Below are positions 43,746 through 59,583 of a DNA stretch of 64,000 bases, piece by piece. The stretch comes from Octopus vulgaris. Taxonomy: Eukaryota. The stretch is taken from the NCBI GenBank assembly GCA_951406725.2, contig OX597831.1:26784001-26848000 (forward strand), written 5' to 3'. The notes below the pieces were generated by a model that saw nothing but the letters and a program-made list of their open reading frames with translations, made no database searches and was not told the origin of the DNA. Every line of letters starts with the position of its first letter. Position 1 is the stretch's first letter. The position numbers and the translations under genes are program-made.

Positions 43746-44109
43746 GCATATATATAGGTATGTATGTATGTATTTGTACATCTGCATGTGTGTAGGTGTA
43801 TGTGTGTAGACACACACACAAACATATAAGTAATACACACGACCGAGGCGGTAGTGTGTATTAAGAACGTTTTTAGTGTCGGTACACGCGCGTATACTCT
43901 TCTATATTAACAAGTACATATAGACCGTATGTGTATATAGTATATATATTTGCACCTGCACCTCTGTGTGTATGTACATGTACGTTTAGGTGCGGCTAAT
44001 ATATCAACACTCCATTGACATCATTCCATCGCACTCACCGTCTCCGACGGCCAACTGAGTCGTTCGTAGGTTGATCTAAGATACTCTCATGTTATGGCTA
44101 TCAAATACG

Positions 44110-44800
44110 GTTTATTTTTCAACATAATCCTCCTTGAAAACCACACATTCCTTCCATCAAATGTTATAGCGCTTGGATCGTATTCGTGAAGACGTTTTCA
44201 TCCCATTGGTCAAAAATGTCATCAATAGCAAGTTTGACGTCATCATCATTGCGATACCACTTTCCTGCCAAGTATTGTTTTCATGTCGGGAACATGATAG
44301 TCAAATGGGGGCTAGATCATGAGAACAGGGAGGGTAATCAACCAGTTCAAAGCCACAGTCACGTACAGCAGTCATTGAAAGGAAGGACTTTGTGTACAAG
44401 AGCATTGCCCTGAGGAAACAAGACTCCTTTCGTCAGATTATCTGTTTGGTCTCGATAGCCTTTTGTAATTGCCTTAACAGGTTTGCAAAGTACTCTCCAA
44501 TGATGAGGTAGCCCTTTTAAAGATAGTCACTAAACACAGTGCCTTTTGCATCCAAAAAAGAAAAAAGATATCACCTTCCCTACAGGTGAATCGACGTTGG
44601 TCTCCTTTGGAGCAGGTGAGGTGGGCTGTTTCCACAGCATGGATTGTCTCTGGCTGAAAGTGATGAAGATAACACTTATCCTGGGTTAGAAAACGTTCAA
44701 GGAAACCAGCTGCATCTGCCTCGAACAATGTCGGATTTCCCTGTGATGTGATAGCCTGGTGCGCTTTTGTTCAAGTGTCAGAAGAAGTGGCACCAACCGG
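44110..44800 (-). pseudogene. Decayed mariner transposase
   Basis: FLTQDKCYLHHFQPET (first catalytic D region) and YLAGKWYRNDDDVKLAIDDIF..YVEK-like C-terminus, with many frameshifts. Confidence 0.75.
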
Positions 44801-45273
44801 GAAGAAACCTTCGATATGCCAAATTTTTCTCTTCAACTATTTTATTCTCTTCTATTTATTCTATTTCTTTTAAAAATTTCTCACAGGCGTTACCCATTAC
44901 AATGCGTCTTGGCCTAACGGCCCTTAATGTTTGTCTTTGTCGATTGTTTACTTTGGACGTCCATTCAGTTGGTATTTGTTCGTTCGAAACCCTAATTCTT
45001 CACAAATTTTATATTTTTAACATTTCTGGATGCTGCTGTCTTATGAAGTTTTCCTTACGAAGTTGTCGTAAACGCAGAAAATGGGTCAGCCGACAACTGA
45101 CGAGCAAGTTATCTTCTTATGGTATTTTGTCCTGTACTTGAGTCTCGTGTGTTTACGTATTTTCCCCCGTTGGTGATGTCCTGTACTCAATGTGTATTTT
45201 CTATTTATTTAATTATATATATATAAAGATATATCTATGTATAAAGATATATATGTATGTATGTATGAATATA

Positions 45274-45664
45274 CATAGGAGTGGATGTGTGATAAACAGC
45301 TTGCTTACCAACCATGTGGTCCCGGGATCAGTCCCATTGAGTGGCACCTTAGGTAAGTATCTTCTATTATAGCTTAGGGCCGACCAAACCCTTGTGAGTG
45401 GATTTGGTTGATGGAAACTGAAAGAAGCCCATAGTCTATATATATGTATATATGTGTGTGTTTGTACACCCCCCCCCCGCCATCGTTTGGCAACAGACAC
45501 TGGTGTGGTTACGTCCCTGTAACTTACCGGTTCAGTAAAAGAGGCCGATAGAATAAATATTAGGCTTACAAAGAATGAGTCCTAAGGTCGATTTTTTTCG
45601 ACTAAAGGTGGTGCTCCAGCATGGCTACAGTCAAAAGACTGACACAAATAAACGAGTAAAAGAA
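45274..45664 (+). mobile_element. SINE family A
   Basis: Head, core and tail motifs present. Confidence 0.88.
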
Positions 45665-45844
45665 TATGTGCATGCGTGACCGCGTGTATACCGTTGGCGA
45701 TTTTTTTCCTCTGTCTTCCCTTCTCTGGATCTTTCCTTCTCCTATGTTTCCGACGAAGAGCTCCTTCTTTCCTGAGCATCCAATAATACTATATTTGTTC
45801 CACGTCCTCGCGTTGTTGTGTTTTTTGTGCTTCCTTATTTGGAT

Positions 45845-45906
<62 letters not shown>

Positions 45907-46087
45907 CATACATACGTACATACCTACATATATATACATACATGCATACAAACGCACACACACACACACACAAATACATTCATTTGTTTTTATTATATTT
46001 AGTTATAACAAAAACAATCTTAATTAATCCGATGGATGACGTCATAGTTTTGTAGAGCTCTAATTTATTATTCTTTAAGAAGTTGGT

Positions 46088-46128
46088 AGTGACTTCGAAG
46101 TTTCACCCTGCTCAGCCATCATCAAACT
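46088..46128 (-). ncRNA. Degenerate minimal hammerhead
   Basis: Minus strand AGT-TTGATGA-TGGCTGAGCAGGGT-GAAA-CTTCGAAG-TC-ACT. Stem III is the palindrome ACTTCGAAGT, with a C3U change and damaged stem II. Confidence 0.6.
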
Positions 46129-46848
46129 GTAATGCATTAAGTTTAATCTTGATAATATATATTTTCTCTCTTGAGATCATTTTTTTTCATTTTGGTGATG
46201 GCGGTGTGGGGACGGGGTAATTGAATGGTAATTAAGTTGTAGTGTGGGTTGTGATAGTGGGCTTACATTGAGAAACTTTCATTGATTAAATACCGTGTCA
46301 TGTTATTGTTCAGAATTTATTCATGCATGTAGAATTTGTAAACAGATGTGTATATTTAGGGACGTTAGCTTCACGTCATGGGATTGGTTTGAGTTATTCA
46401 CGGAAAGTAGATCGATGGTTAGAGGATGTTTTTTCGGTTAGTGGATGTGTCATTAATTTTAGTTATTTTTTGGTTTTAATTTTTCCTCTGGCAATATAAA
46501 GCAATATAAAGCTTAAAAATCAAAGTTTACTCTAACATTTAAAAACTTCGTGATTGTGAGCGTTAGTTATTTTTTATTTTCTATTTTCCGTTCTGGAATT
46601 TTTAAAGGTTCAGACAAGAATGTAAGTTGGGGTATGTTGTTGTTGGTCAGTAAGTTTATTTGTTGATGATGTTATTTAGGTTATTTCCTGCTTGTACTGA
46701 GAAGGTGGAGGCTATTAGTTGAGCATGTTATTGTGTTGTTATTAGAGAAATTTATCTTGTGCTTTGATGTTCACAAGAGTATGTGGGTATCCGTAAAGCT
46801 TGTTAGGCAACGTATTTTTTTTCAAAGGGTTTGCTGTTATAGGAGGAG

Positions 46849-47230
46849 GGAAGCACTCCGTCGGTTACGACGACGAGGGTTCCGGTTGATCCGAATCAAC
46901 GGAACAGCCTGCTCGTGAAATTAACGTGTAAGTGGCTGAGCACTCCACAGACACGTGTACCGTTAACATAGTTCTCGGGGATATTCAGCGTGACACAGAG
47001 ATTGACAAGGCCGGCCCTTTGAAATACAGGTACAACAGAAACAGGAAGTAAGGGTGAGAGAAAGTTGTGGTGAAAGAGTACAGCAGGGATCACCACCATC
47101 CCCTGCCGGAGCCTCGTGGAGCTTTGGGTGTTTTCGCTCAATAAACACTCACAACGCCCGGTCTGGGAATCGAAACCGCGATTCTATGACCGCGAGTCCG
47201 CTGCCCTAACCACTGGGCCATTGCGCCTCC
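46849..47230 (-). mobile_element. SINE family C with 10-bp TSD
   Basis: TSD TGCTGTTATA at 46832-46841 and 47231-47240. Confidence 0.93.
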
Positions 47231-47639
47231 TGCTGTTATATAAGCAATTTTATTAACGTGTAGAAATTTTATCTTTTGGGTTTTATGAGGCAGGGTTTGT
47301 TGACTATGTGTTTATAAATATTTCTTTAATTCGGTTTCAAATGTGGTACCTTATGATATATTATATTAGGTTTATGGATATATGCGAAGGTGTGGCATTA
47401 TAAATAAGTCCTCTGACGCAGCCCACCATCATCCTACTACTCTCACTTCCAGTATCTCGAAGTTAATAAAGGCAGCAGTTAGCAATGTGTTTCCAACTCC
47501 CCCTCTTTCTTTCTTTTCTTTCTTTCTTTCTTTCCTTCTCTCTCTCTCTCTCTTTCTCTCTCTCCACTTAACGACCGCCAGTGCCACTTCCACAAAGCCA
47601 GACTCAGTGAATGTCCACTCTTCTATGTTATCCACCAAC

Positions 47640-48130
47640 GAGCCTTCACCTTAGGAAAACCTGATTAAAACAATGCTGTTGCCATAGAAATGAACAAAGC
47701 GATTTTGACCTCTCTGGCTTACAAATCTACGGAAACTCCCCGTCTGGGAACTCCGTCCGCTTACCATCAGATCACACAGTTGATGGCATGCGTTGACGGA
47801 GCTCCTTCTGTCTCACATTCTACCGAATTTAGTCGCCCTCTCTCTTGCTTCTATACATTAATGACCCAGGTGTTGTTACAGCTAACAACGCTTACTCTTA
47901 CATTGATAATACAGCGTTTCGTATCTTCCCCAATCTTACATCATTCTCCTCATGCGACTAGGGCATCAATCTGTAAACCTAGGCTGATTCCATGAACAGA
48001 GACCTCTGCAGCATTGGAGATACACCAATCTTTCAACTGTAAGAAAACGCGAAGGCTACTGATATCACCAAAAACATCACTGCATCACATCTTTTTTAAA
48101 CAGGCGAAGCAGTCAACTAAGAACCCTCAC
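47640..48130 (+). pseudogene. Highly decayed LINE reverse-transcriptase fragment
   Basis: CVDGAPS..LLLYIND..LYIDNT resembles the LLYIND..YADDT region, broken by frameshifts. Confidence 0.4.
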
Positions 48131-48150
48131 AGTTTCTCTAAATGTTAGTT

Positions 48151-48354
48151 TACTCTTTTACTTGTTTCAGTCATTTGACTGCGACCATGCTGGAGCACCG
48201 CCTTTTAATCAAGCAACTCGACCCCGGGACTTATTCTTTGTAAGCCCAGTACTTATTCTATCGGTCTATTTTGCCGAACCGCTAAGTTACGGGGACATAA
48301 ACACACCAGCATCGGTTGTCAAGCAATGATAGGGGTACAAACACAAACACACAA

Positions 48355-48427
<73 letters not shown>

Positions 48428-48581
48428 TACGACAGGCTTCTTTCAGTTTCCGTCTACCAAATCCACTCACAAGGCATTGGTCGACCCGGGGCTATAGCAG
48501 AAGACACTTACCCAAGATGCCACGCAGTGGGACTGAACCCAGAACCATGTGGTTGGTTAGCAAGCTACTTACCACACAGCC
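48151..48581 (-). mobile_element. SINE family A
   Basis: Near full length. The head abuts the family H fold-back. Confidence 0.9.
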
Positions 48582-48872
48582 GTTGTGTCTGGGGAGGGCC
48601 ATTTTCTTTTTGTGCCTTATAATTCAACACACTCACCAGTAAAATTTCCACTTATTCCTTATTTTTATTTCCCTAAAATTTTCGTTGCGTCTTGCAACCT
48701 TTTCAATAAAAATAAGGAGATTTTACCGGAGAGTATGCTAAATTGTAAGACACAAAAAGAAAAGGACTATCCCCAGACACAACAGAATAGGCTTCAACAC
48801 ACGAACTCACATAAAAAAAAATCTTGCATCTTACAAACCAAATCCAAAAACCAAATATATATGGACTGGACT

Positions 48873-49254
48873 GGAAGCACTCCGTCGGTTACGATGACGA
48901 GGGTTCCGGTTGATCCGATCAACGGAACAGCCTGCTCATGAAATTAACGTGTAAGTGGCTGAGCACTCCACAGACACGTGTACCCTTAACGCAGTTCTCG
49001 GGGATATTCAGCGTGACACAGAGAGTGACAAGGCCGGCCCTTTGAAATACAGGTACAACTGAAACAGGAAGTAAGAGTGAGAGAAAGTTGTGGTGAAAGA
49101 GAACAGCAGGGATCACCACCATCCCTGCCGGAGCCTCGTGGAGCTTTAGGTGTTTTCGCTCAATAGACACTCACAACGCCCGGTCTGGGAATCGAAACCG
49201 CGATCCTACGACCGCGAGTCCGCTGCCCTAACCACTGGGCCATTGCGCCTCCAC
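48873..49254 (-). mobile_element. SINE family C with 13-bp TSD
   Basis: TSD ACCAAATATATAT at 48850-48862 and 49256-49268. Confidence 0.92.
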
Positions 49255-49983
49255 CACCAAATATATATATATATATATACACCTACTGGTGGATTCTCTC
49301 ATTGTGAACGACAAATAAAGTGTTCAGTAAAATAAAGCGTTAATCATGTTCTATGGACACGAATGTGTCTCTTGGGGCCTGCTGGTGACTTGCAAAACAT
49401 TTCGCAAACGGAACAAGTTAAGGGCGCAGTTAGTTCGAGTGCTAGTGAATCATTTACCGCGTGTTCTCTTTAATGGATGACATGAATGTGTGTGTGTGTG
49501 TGTACTCACACACATACATTATAACTGAAAGGCTCTGATTTCCTGTACTTCCAGTTGCTCATTTCCGATCATCACCTGGTAAACCGAACCCGGTTTTCTT
49601 TTAAATATTTCCTGTCTGAATATTTTTTTTCAAAATTGAAATAGAAGTTTGAAGGAAATGCTTATCCCTTTACGTTCTTTAGTTTCAAAAAACCTTTGTG
49701 AACGACACGAGCGAAAATTGCTGCTTCAAGCTCACGCTTTTGATTTCATTTCTGGTTCTTGTATTATTATTATAAACGTCGTAAACTCCATACAATCGAA
49801 GTCAGAAAATTGTGTTTCTCTTTAAGCAATGTTGTTCCAAAATTTTGTGTGCGTGTGTAAATGGATACATATAAACGGATGCATACATCTATATATAAGG
49901 CTTATCCCTTAATTTGCTGCCTTTCATACCGAGAAGAAAACTTGTTGAACCGACATTGTCATTATTTTAACGAGATACATCTT

Positions 49984-50088
49984 ATCACCTGAAGAGATAA
50001 ATCTACATCGACAGATACTCCTAAACCAGTTGTCCAGTATCCTACCCGTGAGGGATCGATGCTGGGTGGGTTGAAACAATTTAGTGAT
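49984..50088 (+). ncRNA. Type I hammerhead motif with long stem/loop II, followed by AATAAA
   Basis: Stem I ATCAC/GTGAT, CTGAAGA 49989-49995, distal stem II CATCGA/TCGATG, GAAA 50073-50076, then CAATT-TA (palindrome ACAATTGT lacking one G). Confidence 0.65.
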
Positions 50089-50149
50089 TAATAAACATTC
50101 TCCTTTCTTTCATCTTCCGTCTCTCTCATTACTCAAGTATGTTTGTATG

Positions 50150-50226
<77 letters not shown>

Positions 50227-50231
50227 TGTTT

Positions 50232-50344
<113 letters not shown>

Positions 50345-50438
50345 TGTTTGTGCAAATAGATAGATAGATATTCAAACATACCAACACACACGTACATATG
50401 TGTGTGAATACATATATACACATACACACACATACATA

Positions 50439-51777
<1,339 letters not shown>

Positions 51778-51870
51778 AGGAGAATTCGCCAAAAAAAAAG
51801 CAAAAGACGAAGGCAGGTGGTGTAGACAACAAACAGAAGTATTTGTATAACGCTCGAGAAGTGAAAAAGT

Positions 51871-51906
51871 CTTTAATGTTTCGAGCATACGCTCTTCCAC
51901 AGAAAG
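51871..51906 (-). ncRNA. Minimal hammerhead variant (family J)
   Basis: Minus strand CTTT-CTGTGGA-A-GAGC-GTAT-GCTC-GAAA-CAT-T-AAAG. The downstream tail (51777-51870) matches 38855-38954 (+). Confidence 0.65.
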
Positions 51907-52262
51907 AAACAAGGAGAGAAAATAAAGATTATGTAGTGGCTGAGAGAGAAACAGAGAGAGAAAGGGCGAGAAACAGTGTGCGTGTGAATGGGAGTTCGCT
52001 GAGCGGGAAAAAAATCGGAGAGTAAGAAAAAAGAAGTAAGGAGGCGACTTTGAGAGGACGAGGAAGGGGAATGAGAAAGGGAGAGATATGAATGAAACCA
52101 TGATTCATTCATGAAGTTCTGACGTGTTATTGAATGAGTTTCATTATTGGCAAATTCCCTCATCATACTTGCGGATGTACATTCACGGATCTCGGTACGA
52201 AAAGTTTCATATATGAATTAAGCTGTATGTATATATGTATATATATATATATGTATGTATGA

Positions 52263-52309
<47 letters not shown>

Positions 52310-52438
52310 TGTATGTATGTATATATATACAGACACACGTACAAGTATACACACACACGCACGCACACACACACACAAACATAAACACAATTTAGTTTCA
52401 TGCTGTAGAGCAACAATAATTTGTATGTATATGTATAC

Positions 52439-52488
<50 letters not shown>

Positions 52489-52552
52489 ATACATATATGT
52501 GTGTGTGTATATATATACATGTGTATATGTATATATTACGTATATATACACG

Positions 52553-52608
<56 letters not shown>

Positions 52609-52758
52609 AACACACACACATATACATATATCTATGTGGTGTATATGTGTATATATGTATGAATATGTGTGTGTGTGCGTGTATGTTTATATGTGTGAGA
52701 GTTGTAATGTGCACACATATACGCACGCACTCTCTCTCCCTCTTTCTCCTTCTCTCTC

Positions 52759-52789
<31 letters not shown>

Positions 52790-52881
52790 CTCTCTCACTC
52801 TTTTTCACATAGACGCATACACACACATTTGCTCTTGAAGTTACTAACGTGAGACAATAGTTCTCTCCCTATTATGTAGAG

Positions 52882-53217
52882 CAGGGCTTCTCGACTATTT
52901 TTCACCTATGGGACCCCTTTGATTACTATTTTATTCTGGTGGACCCCTATAGACGTTTGATGAACCTAGTTTTATAGAAACTTCTCTCCAAATTCCTATT
53001 TTGTTTTTCACACATTAACTTGTGTAGGTTGAACTATGTAAAATGTTAGAGAAAGAACCCTAGCTGTTTCTTGCAATACATACAACTAAAGCAAAACCGT
53101 TTCAGGGGCCCTTAAAATACTACTGTGGATCTCCCATTTACTAATTTGATCTGTGGATTCCTAAAAAATTTATATGGACCCTCAGGGGCCATATAAGATG
53201 CCCAGTTAGAGCCACTG
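52882..53217. mobile_element. hAT/Charlie-like MITE
   Basis: Ends CAGGGCTTCTCGAC..GTTAGAGCCACTG, internal GGACCCC repeats, imperfect TSD ATGTAGAG / (AA)TTGTAGAG. Confidence 0.6.
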
Positions 53218-53763
53218 AATTGTAGAGCTGATTTAGTTACTCCCTGTTGGGTGATTCCTTCCTTCGCTACTCCGTGTTTACCATTTCCGTTTTTGGGCCT
53301 CCAGACAGTCTTTTCAGGCTCTGTGCATATTGTTATACCGATTTGGAAACCAGGATGCCGCTCTGTGAGGAAATATGAGAAAGAAGAAACGGAACAGAAA
53401 CACAAAGATGTTTGATGCAACAAGTGGAACGAGAAGAAAGAAAATTGAAGAATGAAAATAATACGATGAGGAGGCTAAAGTCTTCGAGATAGCAACTCAA
53501 TCCGGATAGGCATATATATATGTGTGTGTTTATATATATATATATAGTGTAATAAATAAAATATATGCATACATACAAACATATATGTACGTACCTACAT
53601 CTACATGTATATATACATGCATATATAAATATATATACGTAAGTACAGGACACCACAAAAAGACGTGGAGCACAACAGAAACGAAAACGGAAAAGCCATT
53701 TTTTTTTTACAACAGAAAGACAGAGACGTGGAACAGGACGAGAACGAAAACGGGAAATATATA

Positions 53764-53794
<31 letters not shown>

Positions 53795-53812
53795 GTGTGT
53801 GTTTGTGTGTGT

Positions 53813-54164
53813 AGGCGAAGGCGTGGCTCTGTGGTAAGAAGCTTTCTTTCTACCACATGGTTCCGGGTTCAGTCCCACAGCAGTCCCTCGGGCTGACCAA
53901 ACCCTTGTGAGTGGATTAGTAGACGGAAACTGAAAGAAGCCCGTCGTATATATATACGTGTGCTGTTTGTGTCTTTATGTCTGAGTTTGTCCCCGGCGTT
54001 GATGTGTTTACGTACCCGTAACTTAGCGGCTCGGCAAAAAGAGACTGATAGAATAAGTGCCAGACTTTAAAGAAATGTCCTGGGTGTCAATTTGTTCCGC
54101 TAAAAACCATCGAAGGCAATGCCCCAGCATGGCCGCAGTCAAATGACTAAAATAAGTAAAAGAA
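53813..54164 (+). mobile_element. SINE family A
   Basis: Head GGCGAAGGCGTGGCTCTGTGGTAAGAAGC, also seen at 56019. Confidence 0.85.
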
Positions 54165-54390
54165 TGTGTGTGTGTGTGTGTGGTTATAAGATCTAAGTGT
54201 AGGAAGTTTGCAAGCTTCGAGCAGTCCGCAGTAGGTATAAAAAAAAAACATCGTTCAGTAACAATAATAATTTATTGGCGTCGAAAATTATAGGCATTTC
54301 CTATATCAGAGTTTGATAAGCTGGAAAAAAAATGTTTATAGTTCACGGTTAGCAACTAGAGATGTTAAGAATGCGAATTAAAATCCAAAT

Positions 54391-54557
54391 AGGAGTGGAG
54401 CAGGTAAAATCCAGCTTACATATTTTTCCTAGCTAGCAGATCCTCTGATGTAATAATTAAGGTGTCTTCGGTCTGATGAGCAGCTAGGTGAATACCTATC
54501 AGAAGATATGCTTGCTAAAAAAGCATATGTAGTCTGGATTCTACGTATTCCACTCCT
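54391..54557. repeat. Imperfect palindrome, MITE-like
   Basis: AGGAGTGGA/TCCACTCCT ends, with internal mirrored AATCCAG, TACATAT and TCTGAT blocks. Confidence 0.6.
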
Positions 54558-54571
54558 TCAATTTATATATA

Positions 54572-54865
54572 TGTTGTTGTTGTTTGTTTGTTCCTTCTTG
54601 AGCCAAGCCTGGCTCAGAAGATCCGGTTTCCTCGGCGTATAGGTTCCCCACCTGGACGGAACACCGGTACGTCACAGGTAAGCTGCAAGATGCAGGAGGA
54701 AAGAGTGAGAGAAAGTTGTGGTGAAAGAGTCAACAGAAGTCCGCCATTACCATTTGCCGCAGCCGCGTGGAGCTTAGGCGTTTCGCATATAAATACACAC
54801 ATCGCCTGGTCTGAGATTCGGACCCGCGATTCCGCTGCTCTAACCACTAGGACATGTGCCTCCAC
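54572..54865 (-). mobile_element. SINE with C-type head and V-domain-like tail ending in (AAC)n
   Basis: Matches the partial + strand copy at ~35457-35620. Confidence 0.75.
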
Positions 54866-55836
54866 AATTTATGTGTGTGTGTGTATGTATGTATATATAT
54901 ATATATATATAATTTAGAGACAAACCGCTGTTTATTCCATCAATAGCGAAAAGATATATAGTGATAAAGATACACACACACACACACACACACGTACATA
55001 TATATATATATATATATATAAAATATATATAAAAATACAAAATGGGACAAGAACGAAAAACATTCAAATAGACGACACAAAAAAACGGACGGGTCATTCG
55101 AAGCCTCTAATCTTCAGTCAAGAACCGGATCATCCTCGCAATTTCGGCTGATTAATTTTTTTGCGTTCTAGTCCCATTTTGTATTTTTATATATATTTTT
55201 ATACATAAATTATTGCGGCGTAACGTACACCTTGTTCTCTTATATGTATGTATATATATATATATATTTATATATATATTGAAAAGATACTTACATATAC
55301 ACACACATACACTAGCTTCTTTTAGTTCCCGTCTAACTAATCCACCCACAAGGCTTTGGTGGACTATATATATATATAGAAGAAGACATTTGCCTAAAGT
55401 ACCGCTCAGTAGGACTGAACACGAGATCAAATGGTTGGGAAACAAGCTTCTCATCAACACACCCACGTCTATGCTTAAAATAATCCGGCACCTTTTTACT
55501 TTCTTTTTGCTCTGCCATGTTGATTACAGCACGTAGTTTCTTCTTGTCAATAACTACAATATCTGACTTGGGATCTGTTCTTCCTACGCTTTGAAGACTG
55601 TATCTTCAGATTAGTTTCTGTTATATAATTGGCAGTTGTACTAATTCCCTCCAATCCCTCCTGTTGTTCTTGCTATCATTGTACAGATCCAGGATATTAT
55701 TAGTTAAGCAGGCCTTTGACGTGTTGGTGGTTCACTGCGCAACTAGATGTGTTGATCCACTGATTCACAGATACATAGCGCCAGATCAATTCTTAAGTCT
55801 ATGACTCAACGTGTGTGTGTGTTTATATATATATAT

Positions 55837-55869
<33 letters not shown>

Positions 55870-55902
55870 TTGTGTGTGTATATATGTGTATATATAAATG
55901 TC

Positions 55903-55933
<31 letters not shown>

Positions 55934-55978
55934 AGGCAAAGGCGTGGCTCTGTGTTTATATATATATGTGTGTATATA

Positions 55979-56014
<36 letters not shown>

Positions 56015-56779
56015 TATAGGCGAAGGCGTGGCTCTGTGGTAAGAAGCTTTCTTTCTACCACATGGTTCCGGGTTCAGTCCCAACAGCGTGCCACCTCGGG
56101 TAAGTATCTTTTACAATAGCCTCGGGCTGACCAAACCCTTGTGAGTTAAATTTGGTAGACGGAAACTGAAAGAAGCCCTTCGTATATATATATATATGTG
56201 TGTGTGTGTGTTGTGTGTTACGACAGGTGTTCCTGCCATGACTATATTACCTTTATTTTTATGTATATCATATTTAGAACTATAGTTATCTGATATGTTT
56301 ATTCATTTTGAAGACAGTACAGTGAGGTTTGACGGAGAATTGGCTGTTGTTTCAAGCAGGTTAAGCTACTTCGTTAGAAACTCTATCACAATAGCAGGTT
56401 ACATGCCTTGTCTATTTACAATTGGCGTTACTAGCGTTAAACGAAAGTTTACTACTAGTTTTTTTCCCACGAAGACAATTCGTGGCTGACAATGGTTCCT
56501 AACGCAGGATCATGCATGCATGTATGTATGTATGTATGTATGTATGTATGTATGTATGTATGTATGTATGTATGTATGTATGTATGCATGCATGTATGTA
56601 TGTATGTATGTATGTATGTATGTATGTATGTATGTATTATGTATGTATTATGTATGTATGAATTTATATATGTGTGAGTGTGTATGAATGTGTGTGTGTG
56701 TCTGCGTCTGTGCATCGATATATAGTATATTTGCCTGACTATTTCTCTAAGGATATGTGTATGTGCGTGCATACATATG

Positions 56780-56840
<61 letters not shown>

Positions 56841-56848
56841 TATACATA

Positions 56849-56925
<77 letters not shown>

Positions 56926-56971
56926 TATACACATATGTATATATATATATATATGTGTATATATATATATT

Positions 56972-57002
<31 letters not shown>

Positions 57003-57152
57003 CATCTATATGCGTACCTATCTATACAGCACACACACATGTGTGCGTGTATATATATATATATATTTATGTACACACACACACACACACAGACATATAT
57101 ATATACACATATGTAAGTATATATATATATATGACTTTATATATATATAAAG

Positions 57153-57197
<45 letters not shown>

Positions 57198-57459
57198 ACA
57201 TAAGACTATATATATACTTAATCTATGTATTTAGACATGCAACGATTCCCATCCCACGCCCTAATTCCAGTGAAGAATCCCCCACCCCCACCTACATACC
57301 TTCATCCCCCACACACCTTCTCCAAACCATCCACTGCTGCTGAATGTGCTGCTGTTGCTTCGTTCTTCCCTGCAACATGTAGAACTGCACACGCTAACGC
57401 GCACGCACGCATATGCGACTCATATCCCGAACGCCGCAGACTACAACACGCCCTCGCTC

Positions 57460-57547
<88 letters not shown>

Positions 57548-57776
57548 ACACACACACGCACTTATACTGGCCATTGATCTTGCCAGTTAGTAGAATGTGA
57601 ACCAATTTAGATTCCATATCGACCCAAAACTGTATTCTTCACTGAACAGCCAACTTCCCAATGTACTCCACATGAACTAATCATCGAGTCTCTGACATAG
57701 TCGCACAGTTTGCTAGAAAGAGCAGCCGAATCTTTCTGAAATTAAAGAGTACCCGTCTTATTGTTTTATTCAGTTA

Positions 57777-58172
57777 TTCTTTTACTTGTCTCCGAGATTT
57801 GACTGCGGTCATGCTGGAGCACCGCCTGGAAGAGGTTTTAGTCGAATAAATCGAGTACTTATTTCTCAAGCCTAGTACTTATTCTATCGGTGTCTTTTGC
57901 CGAACCGCTATGATACCGGGACGTAAAATCACCAACACCGGTTATCAAACGGTGATAGGAGTTCAAACACAGACAAACATACACACACATACACACACAC
58001 ATACATATATAGGCATACATATATCTATCTATCTCTCTCTCTATATATATATATACACATATATATATATATATATATCCACACACACACATATATATAT
58101 ATACACACACACATATTATTATATACATATATATATAAATACATATATATGTATATATATACACACATATAA

Positions 58173-58224
<52 letters not shown>

Positions 58225-58448
58225 CACATACATAGATATACAAGTACATGTATATTTACATATGTACATACATACATGCATATATACATACGACAGGCTT
58301 CTTTCAGTTTCCAGCAACCGAATCCACTCATAAGGCTTTGATCGGTCCCAGGCTTTAGTAGAAGACACTTGCCCAAGGTACCAAGCAATGGGATTGAACC
58401 CGGAACAATGTGGCTGGGAATTAGGCTTTTTACCACACAGCCACGTCT
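57777..58448 (-). mobile_element. SINE family A with ~300-bp internal microsatellite expansion
   Basis: Tail at 57777-57975 and head at 58290-58448. Confidence 0.85.
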
Positions 58449-58931
58449 ATTGATTTTGTCTTTTTTTTTTTTTTTTCATATTTTAAAAATTGGAATGATA
58501 CGAATTTTAGAATGTGGGCAGATATAAGATATGTCTAAAACATGTGAGGTGGTCACTGCTGGAAAGTCTTTGATCATAGGTCTGCTAGATCAATACTGAC
58601 CTGGGGTTCAATAACAGTACCATAAACACCACATCCATCACCAACAAGAACCACAACATCAATGATGATGATGACTACGACGACGTCATTAAATCTTTAT
58701 CAGTCAGTGTTGCCTCGTATCTCCCTTTTCCGCGTCGTTTTTCTAAACAGACGTAATGCGGTTTTCTTACATCGTTTGTTTCATAAGGAGCAGGAACGAC
58801 GCCATTTTCTTCCTCGTTAAGTTTTAATTGTGCCTCTGTGTGTGTAGGTGCGGTTGAAGGCATTTCCAGATATCTTTCGCCCAAAGAGCGGAGTTCTCAC
58901 ATCGTCTATCAATCTCTCTATCAATCAATCA

Positions 58932-59033
<102 letters not shown>

Positions 59034-59583
59034 ATATGATTATGTATTTATACACGTAAATACGCGTGGGAAGTTTATATCCTTCTCTTTATCTCTCTCT
59101 ATACATACATATATATGTATGTATGCATATATATATATATACACACACACACACATAGGTACACACATATATGTGTATATGTATGTATATGTGTATGCGG
59201 TGCCCAGCATAGCCGCAGTCTGATGACTGAAGCAAGTAAAAGGTGTATGTGTGTGTGTGTCTTTGTGCATGTGTGTCCCATACCGCCGCTTGAAAACCGG
59301 TGTTGGTGTGTTTACGTTCCTGTAACTTAATGGTTCACCAAAAATACCGATGGAATAAGTACCAGGCTTTACAAAAAAAAAAATAAGTATTGGGTTCGAT
59401 AAGTTCGACCAAAATTCTTCAAGGCAGTACCCCAGCATGGTCGCAGTTTAATGGCTGAAATAGGTAACAAAAAAAATCGTTAAATGCACCGTGTACAATC
59501 TGGAGCATTTATTTACATATTTATTTTTGATACGTTCAGATAGATTCAGGCGCAAAATATGGTGTTTGCCGTAGTATATATAA

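Noticed and set aside
54473-54535. CTGATGA hammerhead candidate
   Set aside because: No proper GAAA or stem I. It sits in the loop of a palindrome that explains the local pairing.
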